Positions 1 through 9,504 of a stretch of 35,076 bases of DNA are shown piece after piece; within the stretch, counting starts at the first letter, position 1, and every line of letters starts with the position of its first letter. The notes below the pieces were generated by a model. It saw nothing but the letters and a program-made list of their open reading frames with translations, ran no database searches and was not told the DNA's origin. Source of the DNA: a virus (lineage: Duplodnaviria > Heunggongvirae > Uroviricota > Caudoviricetes); IMG/VR virus record IMGVR_UViG_2606217118_000004; one strand, written 5' to 3'. The translations under genes and the position numbers were made by a program.

Positions 1-1062
1 TTCTCCCAAACCAAGGTATGCAAGAAGACCGGCAACATCCTTCCCACTCAAATTGGTAAGCGTATTGTCCAGCGGTTGTTTACCTGCCAGCGCATTAAGC
101 ATTGTCGTGGCAAAGTTCGGATCATTCCCCAGTGCCGCCGCCAGTTCGTTCAGTGTATCCAGTGCCGCGGGTGCAGAACCCACCATTGCTGCAATCGCTG
201 ATTTCACAAAAGCCGTAGTGGCAATCTGTGTATTGTTGACCGACTGTGCCGCCGTGGGGGCTGTTGGCGTTCCGGTGAGTGCCGGACTCGACAACGGTGC
301 TTTTAGTGCCAGCGCATTGTTAATGGTGGTACTGAAATTCGGATCATTGTTAATGGCTGCGGCTATTTCTTTCAGCGTGTCCAGCGTGGCTGGCGCACCA
401 TTAATAAGGGCCGTCAGTGCCGCCTGTACAAACGCAGTGGTCGCAACCTGCGTGGTATTATTCCCCGCCGCTGGCGTTGGCGCTTTGGGGGTTCCGGTAA
501 ATGTCGGGCTGGCTTTTGGCGCGTACTGTGAATGCGGGTCCGGTGCGGCAAGATGTTTTGCCATCTGATCATCCACGTACACCTTCAGCTCCAGTGCCTT
601 GTCATCCACATACTTGCGGGTTGCCAGCACTACAGCAGGGTCGATTTTCAGGGTGATATTGTCCGTGCTGCTGGTAATCAGCACCATGCGCACGGTCTGA
701 GTGCGCCCGCTACCTTCAGCCAGTTGCGGCTTATAGCTTTCCGGGCAGTTGCCCACGGCAATCAATGCCCCGGACTCATCAAACAAGCCCACTTCACGTA
801 TCCACCAACCGCCCTCGTTTTCAGGGATCACCTGTTCGGCAATAATCTGGCTGCTGTTCTGCGGGTCGATATAAAGCATATTCAGCGCAGCCCGGCGTTT
901 CTCATTTACCAGTGCCGTCTGCTTTGCGTCCGGCGTTGGTAATACTCCACCGCCATCGCCCACCGCCATATGGGTAATTTTTAGCGGCACACCGAGCGCG
1001 GCGGCGCTGGCAAGTTTCGCCGCGCCAATATCCGTCAGCAGGGTATAAAATTTTGTGCTCAT
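1..1062 (-). CDS. H: Tail fibre protein gpH, N-terminal part only (gene runs past window start)
   Basis: Minus-strand ATG at 1062-1060 overlaps the gpI stop (ATGA). Hand translation gives MSTKFYTLLTDIGAAKLASAAALGVPLKITHMAVGDGGGVLPTP, the conserved P2-family tail-fibre N-terminus. The plus-strand ORFs here are antisense artefacts. Confidence 0.8.
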   Translation of the reverse strand, partial: MSTKFYTLLTDIGAAKLASAAALGVPLKITHMAVGDGGGVLPTPDAKQTALVNEKRRAALNMLYIDPQNSSQIIAEQVIPENEGGWWIREVGLFDESGALIAVGNCPESYKPQLAEGSGRTQTVRMVLITSSTDNITLKIDPAVVLATRKYVDDKALELKVYVDDQMAKHLAAPDPHSQYAPKASPTFTGTPKAPTPAAGNNTTQVATTAFVQAALTALINGAPATLDTLKEIAAAINNDPNFSTTINNALALKAPLSSPALTGTPTAPTAAQSVNNTQIATTAFVKSAIAAMVGSAPAALDTLNELAAALGNDPNFATTMLNALAGKQPLDNTLTNLSGKDVAGLLAYLGLGE

Positions 1063-1664
1063 GGATTCACTCTCATTGTGTCAATAACATGGACCGCCCC
1101 GCCTTCATGCGCGGTGCCGCCGGAAATAATTGTTTCGTTGATATACGGATAGATCGTGATTTCTTCGCCAAGATAGCTGGCAGCCCCCACCCAATGCGGG
1201 CCGCTGGTCTGCAGATTGATGGACATGCCGATCAGATGGCGGCTACATGGTTTGGCATCGCTTATCAGCCGCTCAAGTTCCAGATAGGTATCTTCAGTGA
1301 TGCCCTGGTCCTGCACGCCGATATCCAGGCGAAACGTGCCCGGTGTTTCTCCGGTCTGCCACCACTCAATAATGCGGATCAGAAAGCCGAACGGCTCCAC
1401 CACCCGCCGCACGGCACTGGTGGTCCCTTTATGCTGATGAATATAAAAAGCATCCTTCACCACCTGGCGCTTGACGCTTTCTGTCCAGCCCTCGTCCCAG
1501 CGATCCACAGAGAACGCCCAGGCGAGATAAGGAAGGAAACTGACCGGACAGGTCGCCGGATTCCACAAGTCACGCAGCGGCACCTGCAGATCAGAAATCC
1601 CGCTACAGGTCTGCGCCAGTCGGCGCTCCAGTGAAGTTGAACCCGGTGGCAGCAGACTATTCAT
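1059..1664 (-). CDS. I: Baseplate assembly protein gpI
   Basis: ORF track 201 aa; position between J and H in P2 order; stop overlaps H start. Confidence 0.8.
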   Translation of the reverse strand: MNSLLPPGSTSLERRLAQTCSGISDLQVPLRDLWNPATCPVSFLPYLAWAFSVDRWDEGWTESVKRQVVKDAFYIHQHKGTTSAVRRVVEPFGFLIRIIEWWQTGETPGTFRLDIGVQDQGITEDTYLELERLISDAKPCSRHLIGMSINLQTSGPHWVGAASYLGEEITIYPYINETIISGGTAHEGGAVHVIDTMRVNP

Positions 1665-2565
1665 CCGTTCCTCCGTTGGTTACGCTCCACTGCGTACATG
1701 ATGCGGCCTGTGTTTTGTTCAGGACCACATCAGCCAGCGGTGAAGCCAGTTCCACACGCTGAACACCCTCAACATGCAGCGCGGCAAAAATAGCACTACG
1801 GCGAATATCCCGACCGAGCCGCGTCTGACTGGCGATGTACCTCTGCAGGCTGACTTTTGCCGCTGCCATTACCGGCTCTGCTTCCGGTCCCGGATAAAGA
1901 AAAATGGTGGCTTCCACACGGTACGGGATGATTTCTGCGCTGCGAACCGTCAGACGGTCAGCCACCGGGCGGACGTTCTCACTGTTCAGGGCTTTCTCCA
2001 CCACATCCAGCAAGTCTTTTTCTGCTGTTCCATCGCCTTCGCGGCTCAGGACAGTCAGCACCACCTCTGCAGGTGCCGGACTGGTTGCACTGGCATCCGC
2101 CACCCGACCGTCGGCGCTTCGGGCATGAAATTCATAAGCTGCAGTTGGCCCCGCAACTGAAAGTCCTTCAAATGCTGCAGGCACACGCAGGCGTAACGCT
2201 TCATCGCTTTCCATCACAGCCGCAACGGGCGGCACAGCGTCATTATCAGCAGGCGTCACCGTCAGGCGTGTCACGTTGTAGTTGGCAGCGAGCTGGTCCA
2301 GATCGCCGCCCATCGCGTAAGCCACCATCACCGCCTGCGCGGCTTCGTTAATGCGCTGGCGCAGAAGCAACTCACGGTAAGTATTCTCCTGCAGCAATTT
2401 GGTGACGGGTTCAGATTCCAGTTCCAGGGTACGCATCACAGCCTCCTGTTCATCTTTCGGATGAAGCGCCACAAATTCTGCCTTGCGTGCGGCAAGCAGC
2501 GTCTCAAAGTCCGGCACATCCACAATCTGCGGCGCAGGCAACTGCGAAAGGTCAATCACTGCCAT
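1657..2565 (-). CDS. J: Baseplate assembly protein gpJ
   Basis: ORF track 1657..2604 (315 aa). The internal Met (MAVIDLSQ...) at 2565 gives ~302 aa, the size I recall for P2 J, and abuts the W stop. Confidence 0.8.
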   Translation of the reverse strand: MAVIDLSQLPAPQIVDVPDFETLLAARKAEFVALHPKDEQEAVMRTLELESEPVTKLLQENTYRELLLRQRINEAAQAVMVAYAMGGDLDQLAANYNVTRLTVTPADNDAVPPVAAVMESDEALRLRVPAAFEGLSVAGPTAAYEFHARSADGRVADASATSPAPAEVVLTVLSREGDGTAEKDLLDVVEKALNSENVRPVADRLTVRSAEIIPYRVEATIFLYPGPEAEPVMAAAKVSLQRYIASQTRLGRDIRRSAIFAALHVEGVQRVELASPLADVVLNKTQAASCTQWSVTNGGTDE

Positions 2566-2911
2566 TCTCTGCTCCTGTTGATACTGAAAGGGACACAGGC
2601 ACACCGTTATTCCGCCGCCCGGTCAGCTCCACCACCATTGAACCGTCAAAATTGCTGTTAATAGTGATGGAATCCAGCGTCAGCCGTGGCTCCCAGCGAC
2701 TCAGTGCCACATACACAGCCGACATAACCTGCAGGCGTAACGCCGGATTTTGTGGCTGATCTATCAGTGCCGACAGCAGGGAACCATATTCCCGACGGGC
2801 AATGCGGCTACCCTGCGGCGTCAGCAGAATGTCCCGCACCGACTGGCGCAGATGGTCAATATCAGTAATGGCTTTACCGCTGGTATTGTTCATCCCGCTA
2901 TAAAGCGTCAT
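2552..2911 (-). CDS. W: Baseplate wedge protein gpW (gp25-like)
   Basis: 119-aa ORF between V and J; size and order match P2 W. Confidence 0.8.
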   Translation of the reverse strand: MTLYSGMNNTSGKAITDIDHLRQSVRDILLTPQGSRIARREYGSLLSALIDQPQNPALRLQVMSAVYVALSRWEPRLTLDSITINSNFDGSMVVELTGRRNNGVPVSLSVSTGAENGSD

Positions 2912-3486
2912 ACCGGGCCTCCGGTTGTGTCGCCGCCTTTCAGGACGCCAGTATGCTGATGCGCATCAACCACGATCCCGTTAGAACTCATCGCTCCGCC
3001 GCCCTGGGTAACGCCACCATTGATCACCACTTCGCTGTTAATGCGCGTGCGGTCAGCCTCCAGTACAAACTCACTGGTTTTCAGGGTGATGTTGTCAGCG
3101 GCCTCAATGACCATTGATTTGATGCCCCTGACATACCAGCGCCCGGTGGCGGGTTCGTATTCAAACCAGCCACCGTCAGGATGTTCTGTCACGCAGGCGT
3201 CCGCCGACGTCGACGGTGGTGCGAACTGATTCGAATACACAGCGGGCAGCGCAAAGGCGGTTTCCAGATTGCCGCCCAGACTCAGCAGCACCACCTGCTC
3301 ACCTTCCGATGGTTTCCACCATGTGCGGGCATTACCCGCGCGCAGCGTCAGCCAGTTAATCCAGTTGGTTTCAAGGTCGCCCGTTTTCACCCGACAAAGC
3401 CAGTTTTCCCGGTCCACTTCGGTGACTACCCCAGTGCGGATCAGGTTGGTGATAAGGCGCATGATTTCGGTTAATTGTGCGTTCAT
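2908..3486 (-). CDS. V: Baseplate spike/hub protein gpV
   Basis: 192-aa ORF with ATGA overlap to W; P2 order. Confidence 0.8.
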   Translation of the reverse strand: MNAQLTEIMRLITNLIRTGVVTEVDRENWLCRVKTGDLETNWINWLTLRAGNARTWWKPSEGEQVVLLSLGGNLETAFALPAVYSNQFAPPSTSADACVTEHPDGGWFEYEPATGRWYVRGIKSMVIEAADNITLKTSEFVLEADRTRINSEVVINGGVTQGGGAMSSNGIVVDAHQHTGVLKGGDTTGGPV

Positions 3487-3532
3487 AGGGAAAGGTTGCC
3501 ATCAGGGGAAGAAAGGCGGCAGTGCTGCAACT

Positions 3533-3550
3533 TGTATCAGTGCTGATACA
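3533..3550. promoter_or_regulatory. TGT-N12-ACA dyad (TGTATCAGTGCTGATACA), candidate Ogr/B-dependent late promoter element upstream of V
   Basis: Perfect 8-bp inverted arms in the S-V intergenic gap; P2-family late promoters carry a TGT-N12-ACA activator site near -55. Confidence 0.4.
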
Positions 3551-3554
3551 AAGA

Positions 3555-4001
3555 TCACCCCGCCAGCCATTGCAGAATCATGTCGCGGGTCATTGCCTCA
3601 ACATCATCATTTACGCCCAGAAGACGACGCTCTGCGTAACGGACCTCAGGTCCTTTGCGACTGACGCGATCACGCAGGCCGTAATGGTGAACGCGGGCAA
3701 TACGCTGCACCTTGCCTTCAAACTGCACGCTGGCAGAATCCGTGCTGGCGGCGGTTTTCAGGTATTTTTTGGTGCGAAGTTTTGTAAACATCTGCCGTTT
3801 GATGCGGCCTTTTTTACTACGTGCTGTTACTCGCCTCGGTTCATAGCTGCTGCCATCAGGATTGCGTTGCATCCTGATGTTCTGCTGCTGTGCCCGGCGC
3901 AGTTCCTGCGCCAGCTGGCGCATCATGCGGCTTCTGGCGGCTGGCTCCAGATTCGCCAGCAAGGCACTCAGCCAGTCGTCCACTTTCTGCAGTTCAGCCA
4001 C
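3555..4001 (-). CDS. S: Tail completion protein gpS
   Basis: 148-aa ORF; P2 order after R. Confidence 0.75.
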   Translation of the reverse strand: MAELQKVDDWLSALLANLEPAARSRMMRQLAQELRRAQQQNIRMQRNPDGSSYEPRRVTARSKKGRIKRQMFTKLRTKKYLKTAASTDSASVQFEGKVQRIARVHHYGLRDRVSRKGPEVRYAERRLLGVNDDVEAMTRDMILQWLAG

Positions 4002-4446
4002 GTTTCACCGTCCACATTTCTTCAGGTTCATCAGGTTCCGCTATAGCTTCAACGCTCGACACACTACCGTCAGTGCTGACCAGCACACGCTCCGTCAGTT
4101 GCAGGTTCAGGCTGATATCACAGACATCGTTGCGCAGAATATCCACCTCAAAGGTGAATAGTTTTTCCCGTAACGCCGGGTTATTGATGGCATCGGGCTG
4201 GTTATCCCGCAGCCACAGCAAAACCGGGGCCATCAGCAGATTCTGGTCGCCGCTGAAATCCTCAATCACCGCGTTCAGGGTGTAACGGTACTCCCATGAC
4301 ATGGAGCTGGCCCCCGTGGCAACCAGCGAACCGTTATCCACAAACAGATGCAGTTTGTCCGGGTTATTGCGGACATAAGGCACCGCTTTATTGAGGGCGT
4401 GGCGCAGGGATTGTGGTTTGTTCACTGTTTCGCTCCTGACACGCAA
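3994..4446 (-). CDS. R: Tail completion protein gpR
   Basis: 150-aa ORF; P2 order after the lysis genes. Confidence 0.75.
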   Translation of the reverse strand: MRVRSETVNKPQSLRHALNKAVPYVRNNPDKLHLFVDNGSLVATGASSMSWEYRYTLNAVIEDFSGDQNLLMAPVLLWLRDNQPDAINNPALREKLFTFEVDILRNDVCDISLNLQLTERVLVSTDGSVSSVEAIAEPDEPEEMWTVKRG

Positions 4447-4678
4447 TAATCATGTCCACTTTGTCTGCACAGACCGCCCAGGCGGCCTCCGTTTCATCCA
4501 GCAACGCGTTCAGATCACCGTTAGTGCGCGGCGCTGCCTGATCCAGCCGACACGGCGTCACTCGCGGACAACCACTGACGGTAAGCTGCACCTCCGGTGA
4601 GTGCCGGACGTTCCCGCAGCCGGATAATGTCAACAGGCAAAGGAGTATCAGCCCAGTGGCGTAAATCCTCGTTCTCAC
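4388..4678 (-). CDS. lysC: LysC, Rz1-like outer-membrane spanin lipoprotein, embedded out of frame in lysB and R
   Basis: 96-aa ORF with signal peptide and lipobox (LTLSGC), Pro-rich C-terminus; overlaps lysB 3' end in a different frame. Confidence 0.6.
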   Translation of the reverse strand: MRTRIYATGLILLCLLTLSGCGNVRHSPEVQLTVSGCPRVTPCRLDQAAPRTNGDLNALLDETEAAWAVCADKVDMIIACQERNSEQTTIPAPRPQ

Positions 4679-4949
4679 GTTTCAGTTCCTCAATCCGGCG
4701 TTGTCGTTGTCTCAGCAGTGCGCTGGTCTGTTCTGCTTCGGCATAGAGCCGCGCCTGCTCCCGGTTATTGGTTTCAGTCAGAATGGACAGGCTGATAAGC
4801 TGGCTGTTGCTCTTTGCCAGTGCCTGGCTTTTGCTCTGCAGCTCGTCCGCCTGCGTGCTGATGATCCGGCTGGCATCAGCCAGCCGCCACGTCTGCCAGC
4901 CCAGCGCCACCAGTAATAACGCCAGCACAACCAGCAGCAACCGGTTCAT
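4521..4949 (-). CDS. lysB: LysB, Rz-like inner-membrane spanin
   Basis: 142-aa ORF with N-terminal transmembrane helix followed by a charged coiled-coil-like region (RQRQRRIEELKRENEDLR). Confidence 0.7.
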   Translation of the reverse strand: MNRLLLVVLALLLVALGWQTWRLADASRIISTQADELQSKSQALAKSNSQLISLSILTETNNREQARLYAEAEQTSALLRQRQRRIEELKRENEDLRHWADTPLPVDIIRLRERPALTGGAAYRQWLSASDAVSAGSGSAAH

Positions 4950-5323
4950 GCTGCTACCTGTTGCGCCATCTGGTTACGGGTGATCCAGAAGGCAATAACG
5001 GTCAGCAGATAAAGGACCAGGGTAATGGTCCACCCCGTCCAGGCGAGACTGACAACAATCAGCAATCGCATCACCCAGCTGATAAATACGTTTTCTTTTC
5101 GGGTAATGGTCTTCAGCAAAGATGCCCTCAACTCCTGCCAGAGCGGGCCGTTCTTAATTAACGCAGCCAGTGCTACCGGAATTGCCACCCATGTCAGCAG
5201 ACAGGCTACCCAGACACCGGACGCTGCCAGTACCGGAAAAATCCCCTGCGGATACACCATTGCTGCGATCAACAGCGCCATCCATAACATCAGAAACAGC
5301 CCGCTGATTAATTTCTTTTTCAT
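4946..5323 (-). CDS. lysA: LysA-like lysis-timing membrane protein
   Basis: Multi-transmembrane ORF (track 4946..5365). Start placed at the Met of MKKKLISG, which has an AGGGAG RBS and abuts the K stop. Confidence 0.6.
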   Translation of the reverse strand: MKKKLISGLFLMLWMALLIAAMVYPQGIFPVLAASGVWVACLLTWVAIPVALAALIKNGPLWQELRASLLKTITRKENVFISWVMRLLIVVSLAWTGWTITLVLYLLTVIAFWITRNQMAQQVAA

Positions 5324-5324
5324 T

Positions 5325-5837
5325 TCAGTTTGCTCCCTGTAAGCACCAGGCCATCTCCCGCGCACGGCGGTTATCCAGCCCCTGATTAAAAATACCTTTC
5401 ACATAAACCCAGCGCGGCAACTGTCGGCACGCATCCGCCCAGCGCCGCTGGTTGAGTAATTTCACCAGCGTGGAACTGCAGGCATTGCCCGTTCCCACGT
5501 TGAAGGCAAACGACACCGCAGCGTCATACACCTTCTGCGGCGGCTGTTGCTTCACACACCTTTCCAGCGCCCGCTCCACACGCAGCACGTTAGAGATCAG
5601 CCCTTCCGCTGCCTGTCGTTCCGTAATGGTTTTGCCGGGAATGACGCCAGACGTATTACCAATGCCGTCGGTCCAGACACCCGCGCTGCACTGATACGGC
5701 TGCAGACGACAGCCTTCGTAATCGGCAATCAGTTTCAGCCCCTCCACGGAGGTGTGAAGCTGCTGAAAACCCGGCAGCGTGGCAGCAATAGCCAGCACGG
5801 CCCCGACAAGGCAGCGTTTAACGATTGATGGATTCAT
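5325..5837 (-). CDS. K: Endolysin gpK (lysozyme with N-terminal signal-anchor-release-like segment)
   Basis: 170-aa ORF; hydrophobic N-terminus then a lysozyme-like region (LIADYEGCRLQPYQC...GVWTDGIGNT); P2 order. Confidence 0.8.
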   Translation of the reverse strand: MNPSIVKRCLVGAVLAIAATLPGFQQLHTSVEGLKLIADYEGCRLQPYQCSAGVWTDGIGNTSGVIPGKTITERQAAEGLISNVLRVERALERCVKQQPPQKVYDAAVSFAFNVGTGNACSSTLVKLLNQRRWADACRQLPRWVYVKGIFNQGLDNRRAREMAWCLQGAN

Positions 5838-6033
5838 AGTCCTCCCGCGAGATCTGCCCGTCGCGCAGAAGCTGGTAGGCTTTGTGTTTGTAGTACCAGT
5901 TGATAGCCAGCATCAGCACACCGATCATCAGGCCGCCCAGCGTTGAGGCATCCTTGATGGACAAATCGCCCAGCCAGGCCAGCACGACGGCGATGCAATA
6001 CGTGATAAAGGCGCTGATTCGCTCAAGCGTCAT
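5818..6033 (-). CDS. Y: Holin
   Basis: 71-aa ORF with two hydrophobic helices and a charged C-terminus, immediately upstream of the endolysin. Confidence 0.6.
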   Translation of the reverse strand: MTLERISAFITYCIAVVLAWLGDLSIKDASTLGGLMIGVLMLAINWYYKHKAYQLLRDGQISREDYESINR

Positions 6034-6036
6034 AAT

Positions 6037-6240
6037 TCAGTCCCATAGCTGGACGGTCTGCACGGTGGTGGTTGTCGGAATGTCCGGCAGCTCCACCTGC
6101 AGCCCGTGAGGTAAAAAGGGGCCGTATTCGGCAAGCCCCGGATTTGCCTTCAGTACCTGCTCCGTGACACCCTGCGTGCGCCCGTAATGACGCCAGCAAA
6201 GTGCGTCCACCGTGTCATACTGATGCGCACGCACTTTCAT
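6037..6240 (-). CDS. X: Tail protein gpX
   Basis: 67-aa ORF, the size I recall for P2 X; sits between L and the holin. Confidence 0.7.
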   Translation of the reverse strand: MKVRAHQYDTVDALCWRHYGRTQGVTEQVLKANPGLAEYGPFLPHGLQVELPDIPTTTTVQTVQLWD

Positions 6241-6767
6241 CAGATAAGCTCCACTGTGCAGTGCGGCGCATCCTGCACCCGGCTGATGGCCCAGCGGGCG
6301 TCACGCCATAAATCACCGCTTGCTTCCGCCAGTTCCTCGCCTCGCTTCGCACCGGATGCCGTGGCGTCATAGTCCTGGTAACGTTCGTTGAGCATGGCGC
6401 GTGCCCAGCAGTAAACCGCGTTGAAATAGTGCTGAATGCGCTCGCTTTTGCCGTCCAGTTGTTCCGCCGGGACTTCTGCCAGCGAGGCATACCCCAGCAT
6501 CTGCTGGCGTCTGCGAAACTCATACAGCTCTGCGTTGACCTCCGAAATTGCCGACAGGGCAACCTGTTTTAAACGCGGCTGCGTCACCGTGCCGTCAGTG
6601 CGCATCACACTGCGAAACTCCGACAGGTCCACATCAGGCCAGAACGGCGTATTCCTGATGATTTCCGCCTGTTCCGGTGCCTGTTCTGGCGCAACAAACT
6701 TCATGCTGCTTTCTCCTGAAATAGAGGGCGGTGGACGGGGTTTTGATGTGGCAGTGCCTTTCGCCAC
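6240..6767 (-). CDS. L: Head completion/stabilisation protein gpL
   Basis: 175-aa ORF; P2 order after M. Confidence 0.75.
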   Translation of the reverse strand: MAKGTATSKPRPPPSISGESSMKFVAPEQAPEQAEIIRNTPFWPDVDLSEFRSVMRTDGTVTQPRLKQVALSAISEVNAELYEFRRRQQMLGYASLAEVPAEQLDGKSERIQHYFNAVYCWARAMLNERYQDYDATASGAKRGEELAEASGDLWRDARWAISRVQDAPHCTVELI

Positions 6768-6799
6768 CCCGTGCCGCCCGTGCGCGGGGGCACGTTCTG

Positions 6800-7450
6800 T
6801 CAGCGGCTGTCATTGCGCAGTCTGCGCTCCAGCTGCTGTTTGTCTTTTTTCACGCCACAGCGGGGATCGAGCTGTAACGCATGGTTGAGATGATTAAGGG
6901 CAGACGCCGGATTTCTTTCACTCAGGACAGCGCCAATCGCTTTATGCAGACGCGCCCGTGACTGGTCCGGCATATCCATACCGTCTGTCAGCTCCAGGGT
7001 CTGCAGCAACAGATCGGCATCAAAGCCGGTGGCGGCAAGCATTGCGCTCTGGGCTGCATCTGCCATTTCCTCTGCCAGCACGGTCTGCACGTTGCGGTTA
7101 CCTAACGGCATCACCCAGCCATGACGCAGGGCGTGACGCCCGATCTCCAGCGCCCCGGCATAATCTCCGGCATCAATGCGCCACAGCATCACGTACATCA
7201 GCACGTCATCCTGTTGAGCGCCTCCGGCAGCCAGGACACCCTCCGCCCAGGCGGCGTACTTCGGCAGCAGCTCCACCTTGATTTCCGCTTTTTTGACCGT
7301 GGACTGAACGCCCTTGAGACGGCGGCGGTCTTCCGCCAGTTGCAGCAGCATCAGGTCATAGCCCGACGCGTGGCGAACGCTGCCGCCCTCGCGGGCGGCC
7401 TGTTCAGCCTGAACGCGCAGGCGATGCTGCCGTGCGGGACTCAGGCTCAT
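6800..7450 (-). CDS. M: Terminase small (endonuclease) subunit gpM
   Basis: 216-aa ORF directly downstream of the capsid gene N. Confidence 0.8.
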   Translation of the reverse strand: MSLSPARQHRLRVQAEQAAREGGSVRHASGYDLMLLQLAEDRRRLKGVQSTVKKAEIKVELLPKYAAWAEGVLAAGGAQQDDVLMYVMLWRIDAGDYAGALEIGRHALRHGWVMPLGNRNVQTVLAEEMADAAQSAMLAATGFDADLLLQTLELTDGMDMPDQSRARLHKAIGAVLSERNPASALNHLNHALQLDPRCGVKKDKQQLERRLRNDSR

Positions 7451-7453
7451 GAA

Positions 7454-8512
7454 TTACGCTCCGGTTTCTGCTGCTGCGGCGCTGAAGTCGCCAATCTGGA
7501 TGTTTTCCACCAGTGCGGCGCAGCGGTAGTCCTCAACCACATAGGCTTCGTTAACGGATTCAAAGTTTTCAATCCGGTCACGTTTCGGGTTGTCGATAAC
7601 TGAGCGGCGGCGGGTGTCTTCCTGCCAGTAGATGGACAGGTTATCCAGACGGGTGATCAGCAGTGCATTCGGCGGGAAGAACGGCGCACGCACGGCCTGC
7701 AGGCCACCCATGCGTTTCTGACTGATGATCATATCGGCAGCCAGTTTTTCACTGTTTTCCTGCTCTTTGTTGACCAGCGGGAAATACTTGTCAGACAGCA
7801 GTTCACGACCGCAAATCACCACCAGATCGTCATCGTCCTGGTAGACCACATCGATAAGCTCATTGACGGCATCCATCACCACGGCGTCCAGGTTGGCATA
7901 TTCGCCACCTTTCCCGACTTTCACCGCACCCGGTGTGGTTTCACCGCCCGTGGTGGTGCTGCCCATGACGTGATCCGGTGCATCTTCACGGATTTTCTGC
8001 AGCCAGCCTTTGTTCACATCCTGCAGCAGCGGGTTTTCGCTACGGTTGGAGGTTTTCGCACGCTTCACGCCGTTAAAGCCGATCATGATGCGGTCCAGAG
8101 CCTGACGTTTCACGATGGCGTCACGGATGCGCACCTGGAAATCCTGAAACTTCGCCCACAGGTCCAGCTTCGCGTAGGTCAGCACCGTGTCAAAGTTGGT
8201 CTGCTCGCATTTATATTCCACATCGACCATCAGCGTCGGATCGACAGGTTCACGCTCTTTCGCGGTGGTGTCAGTGGTTCCGGCAATGGTGCTGCCAACT
8301 CCCAGCCCCAGCAGCTGACCGGACTGCTCAGTCACTGGCGTGACGTTAATCAGCGTCAGGAAAGCGGCGGACTGCTGGATCTGGTCTTCCAGCGTCTGCT
8401 GCACAGACGGCTCCACGGTGAACTTGCTGGACAGTTCTTCAACTGCCACACCGTTCAGACGCGCCAGCTGCTGCAGGTAAGCGTTAAAAGCAAAGCGGGT
8501 ATTCTTCTTCAT
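7454..8512 (-). CDS. N: Major capsid protein gpN
   Basis: 352-aa ORF; size and position match P2 N. Confidence 0.85.
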   Translation of the reverse strand: MKKNTRFAFNAYLQQLARLNGVAVEELSSKFTVEPSVQQTLEDQIQQSAAFLTLINVTPVTEQSGQLLGLGVGSTIAGTTDTTAKEREPVDPTLMVDVEYKCEQTNFDTVLTYAKLDLWAKFQDFQVRIRDAIVKRQALDRIMIGFNGVKRAKTSNRSENPLLQDVNKGWLQKIREDAPDHVMGSTTTGGETTPGAVKVGKGGEYANLDAVVMDAVNELIDVVYQDDDDLVVICGRELLSDKYFPLVNKEQENSEKLAADMIISQKRMGGLQAVRAPFFPPNALLITRLDNLSIYWQEDTRRRSVIDNPKRDRIENFESVNEAYVVEDYRCAALVENIQIGDFSAAAAETGA

Positions 8513-8528
8513 CGGGTTTTGTGCTCCA

Positions 8529-9362
8529 TCAGCAATTGGTCAGAGTGTCAGCGGGGGCGTTACCGCCTGTTGCACGCTGGCGGTAGTCCTGGCGACTGTC
8601 TTCATGACTCAGCTTGTCCACCAGTTCGTTAAAGGCGGTTTGCTGTGCCTGCAGGGCAGTCTCCAGCTCAGACAGGCGTTCTTCCTGCTCAGACAGGGAT
8701 TTTTCGGTGCGTGCGCTCAGGTTCTGCTGCTCAGTGGCGACCAGCTCCACGGCCTTATGCACATCAGAGAACCGGGCGTCATCGGACTGCTCTTTTTTGG
8801 TAAACAGCGCCGTGACGCGGGCAAACAGGGACGGTTTGTCGTCCTGGATTTCTTCCAGTTCGATCACCGTTTCCTCTGCAGCGGTAAAGAGATTGGCAGG
8901 ATTCTGCTTGCGGTTTGCCAACGGGTTATGGGCTGCACTGGCGCTGAATGTCAGCATTTCCGTACCCAGACTGGCAGGGTCATCAGTGGCAGCCAGGCCG
9001 ACCAGATAGGCTTTGCCCGTATCAGCGAACTTCGGGCTGACTTCCATAGAGGTGAATAATTTCTGGCCTTTTTTCACCAGTTCCACCAGGGACTCCGTTG
9101 GCTCAACGTCGGCATACAGCGCCATCTTGCCTGCCAGCGGACCTTCCGTGATTTCTTCAGCAAACAGCGCCGTCACCTTGCCGTAGCGGTTAAAGGTGCT
9201 GTCCGGCAGATAAGACTTGATGTGCTCAAGGTTAATCAGCGCGGTATACACCGCCGGGTTGTAGCTGGCTGCCATCTGTTCCAGCCATTCACGCTGGATT
9301 TCGCGTCCGTCGGTGGTGGCACCTTCCACCCCGATGCGAAAACGCTTTGCTTTCACTGTCAT
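8529..9362 (-). CDS. O: Capsid scaffolding protein gpO
   Basis: 277-aa ORF divergent from P; coiled-coil-rich N-terminal half. Confidence 0.8.
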   Translation of the reverse strand: MTVKAKRFRIGVEGATTDGREIQREWLEQMAASYNPAVYTALINLEHIKSYLPDSTFNRYGKVTALFAEEITEGPLAGKMALYADVEPTESLVELVKKGQKLFTSMEVSPKFADTGKAYLVGLAATDDPASLGTEMLTFSASAAHNPLANRKQNPANLFTAAEETVIELEEIQDDKPSLFARVTALFTKKEQSDDARFSDVHKAVELVATEQQNLSARTEKSLSEQEERLSELETALQAQQTAFNELVDKLSHEDSRQDYRQRATGGNAPADTLTNC

Positions 9363-9440
9363 GAGCCGTGCTCCGTTAGAAAAAACTTACTGGAGCCTTA
9401 TGGTTGCGGTGATGGGGGCAGTGAAACAATGCGCGGTATT

Positions 9441-9458
9441 TGTACCGACAACCACACA
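9441..9458. promoter_or_regulatory. TGT-N12-ACA dyad in the O/P divergent late promoter region
   Basis: TGTACCGACAACCACACA in the 142-bp O-P intergenic region. Confidence 0.4.
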
Positions 9459-9504
9459 AACCGCAGGCGGGGAAAGCCTTCATTCAAGGCTGTAGGTTTG
9501 TGCC

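Noticed and set aside
53-1634. Plus-strand ORFs 53..568, 532..942 and 1053..1634 in the tail-fibre/baseplate region
   Set aside because: They are antisense to the well-supported minus-strand genes H and I (hand translation of the minus strand gives the conserved tail-fibre N-terminus); no start signals; typical GC-rich antisense open frames.
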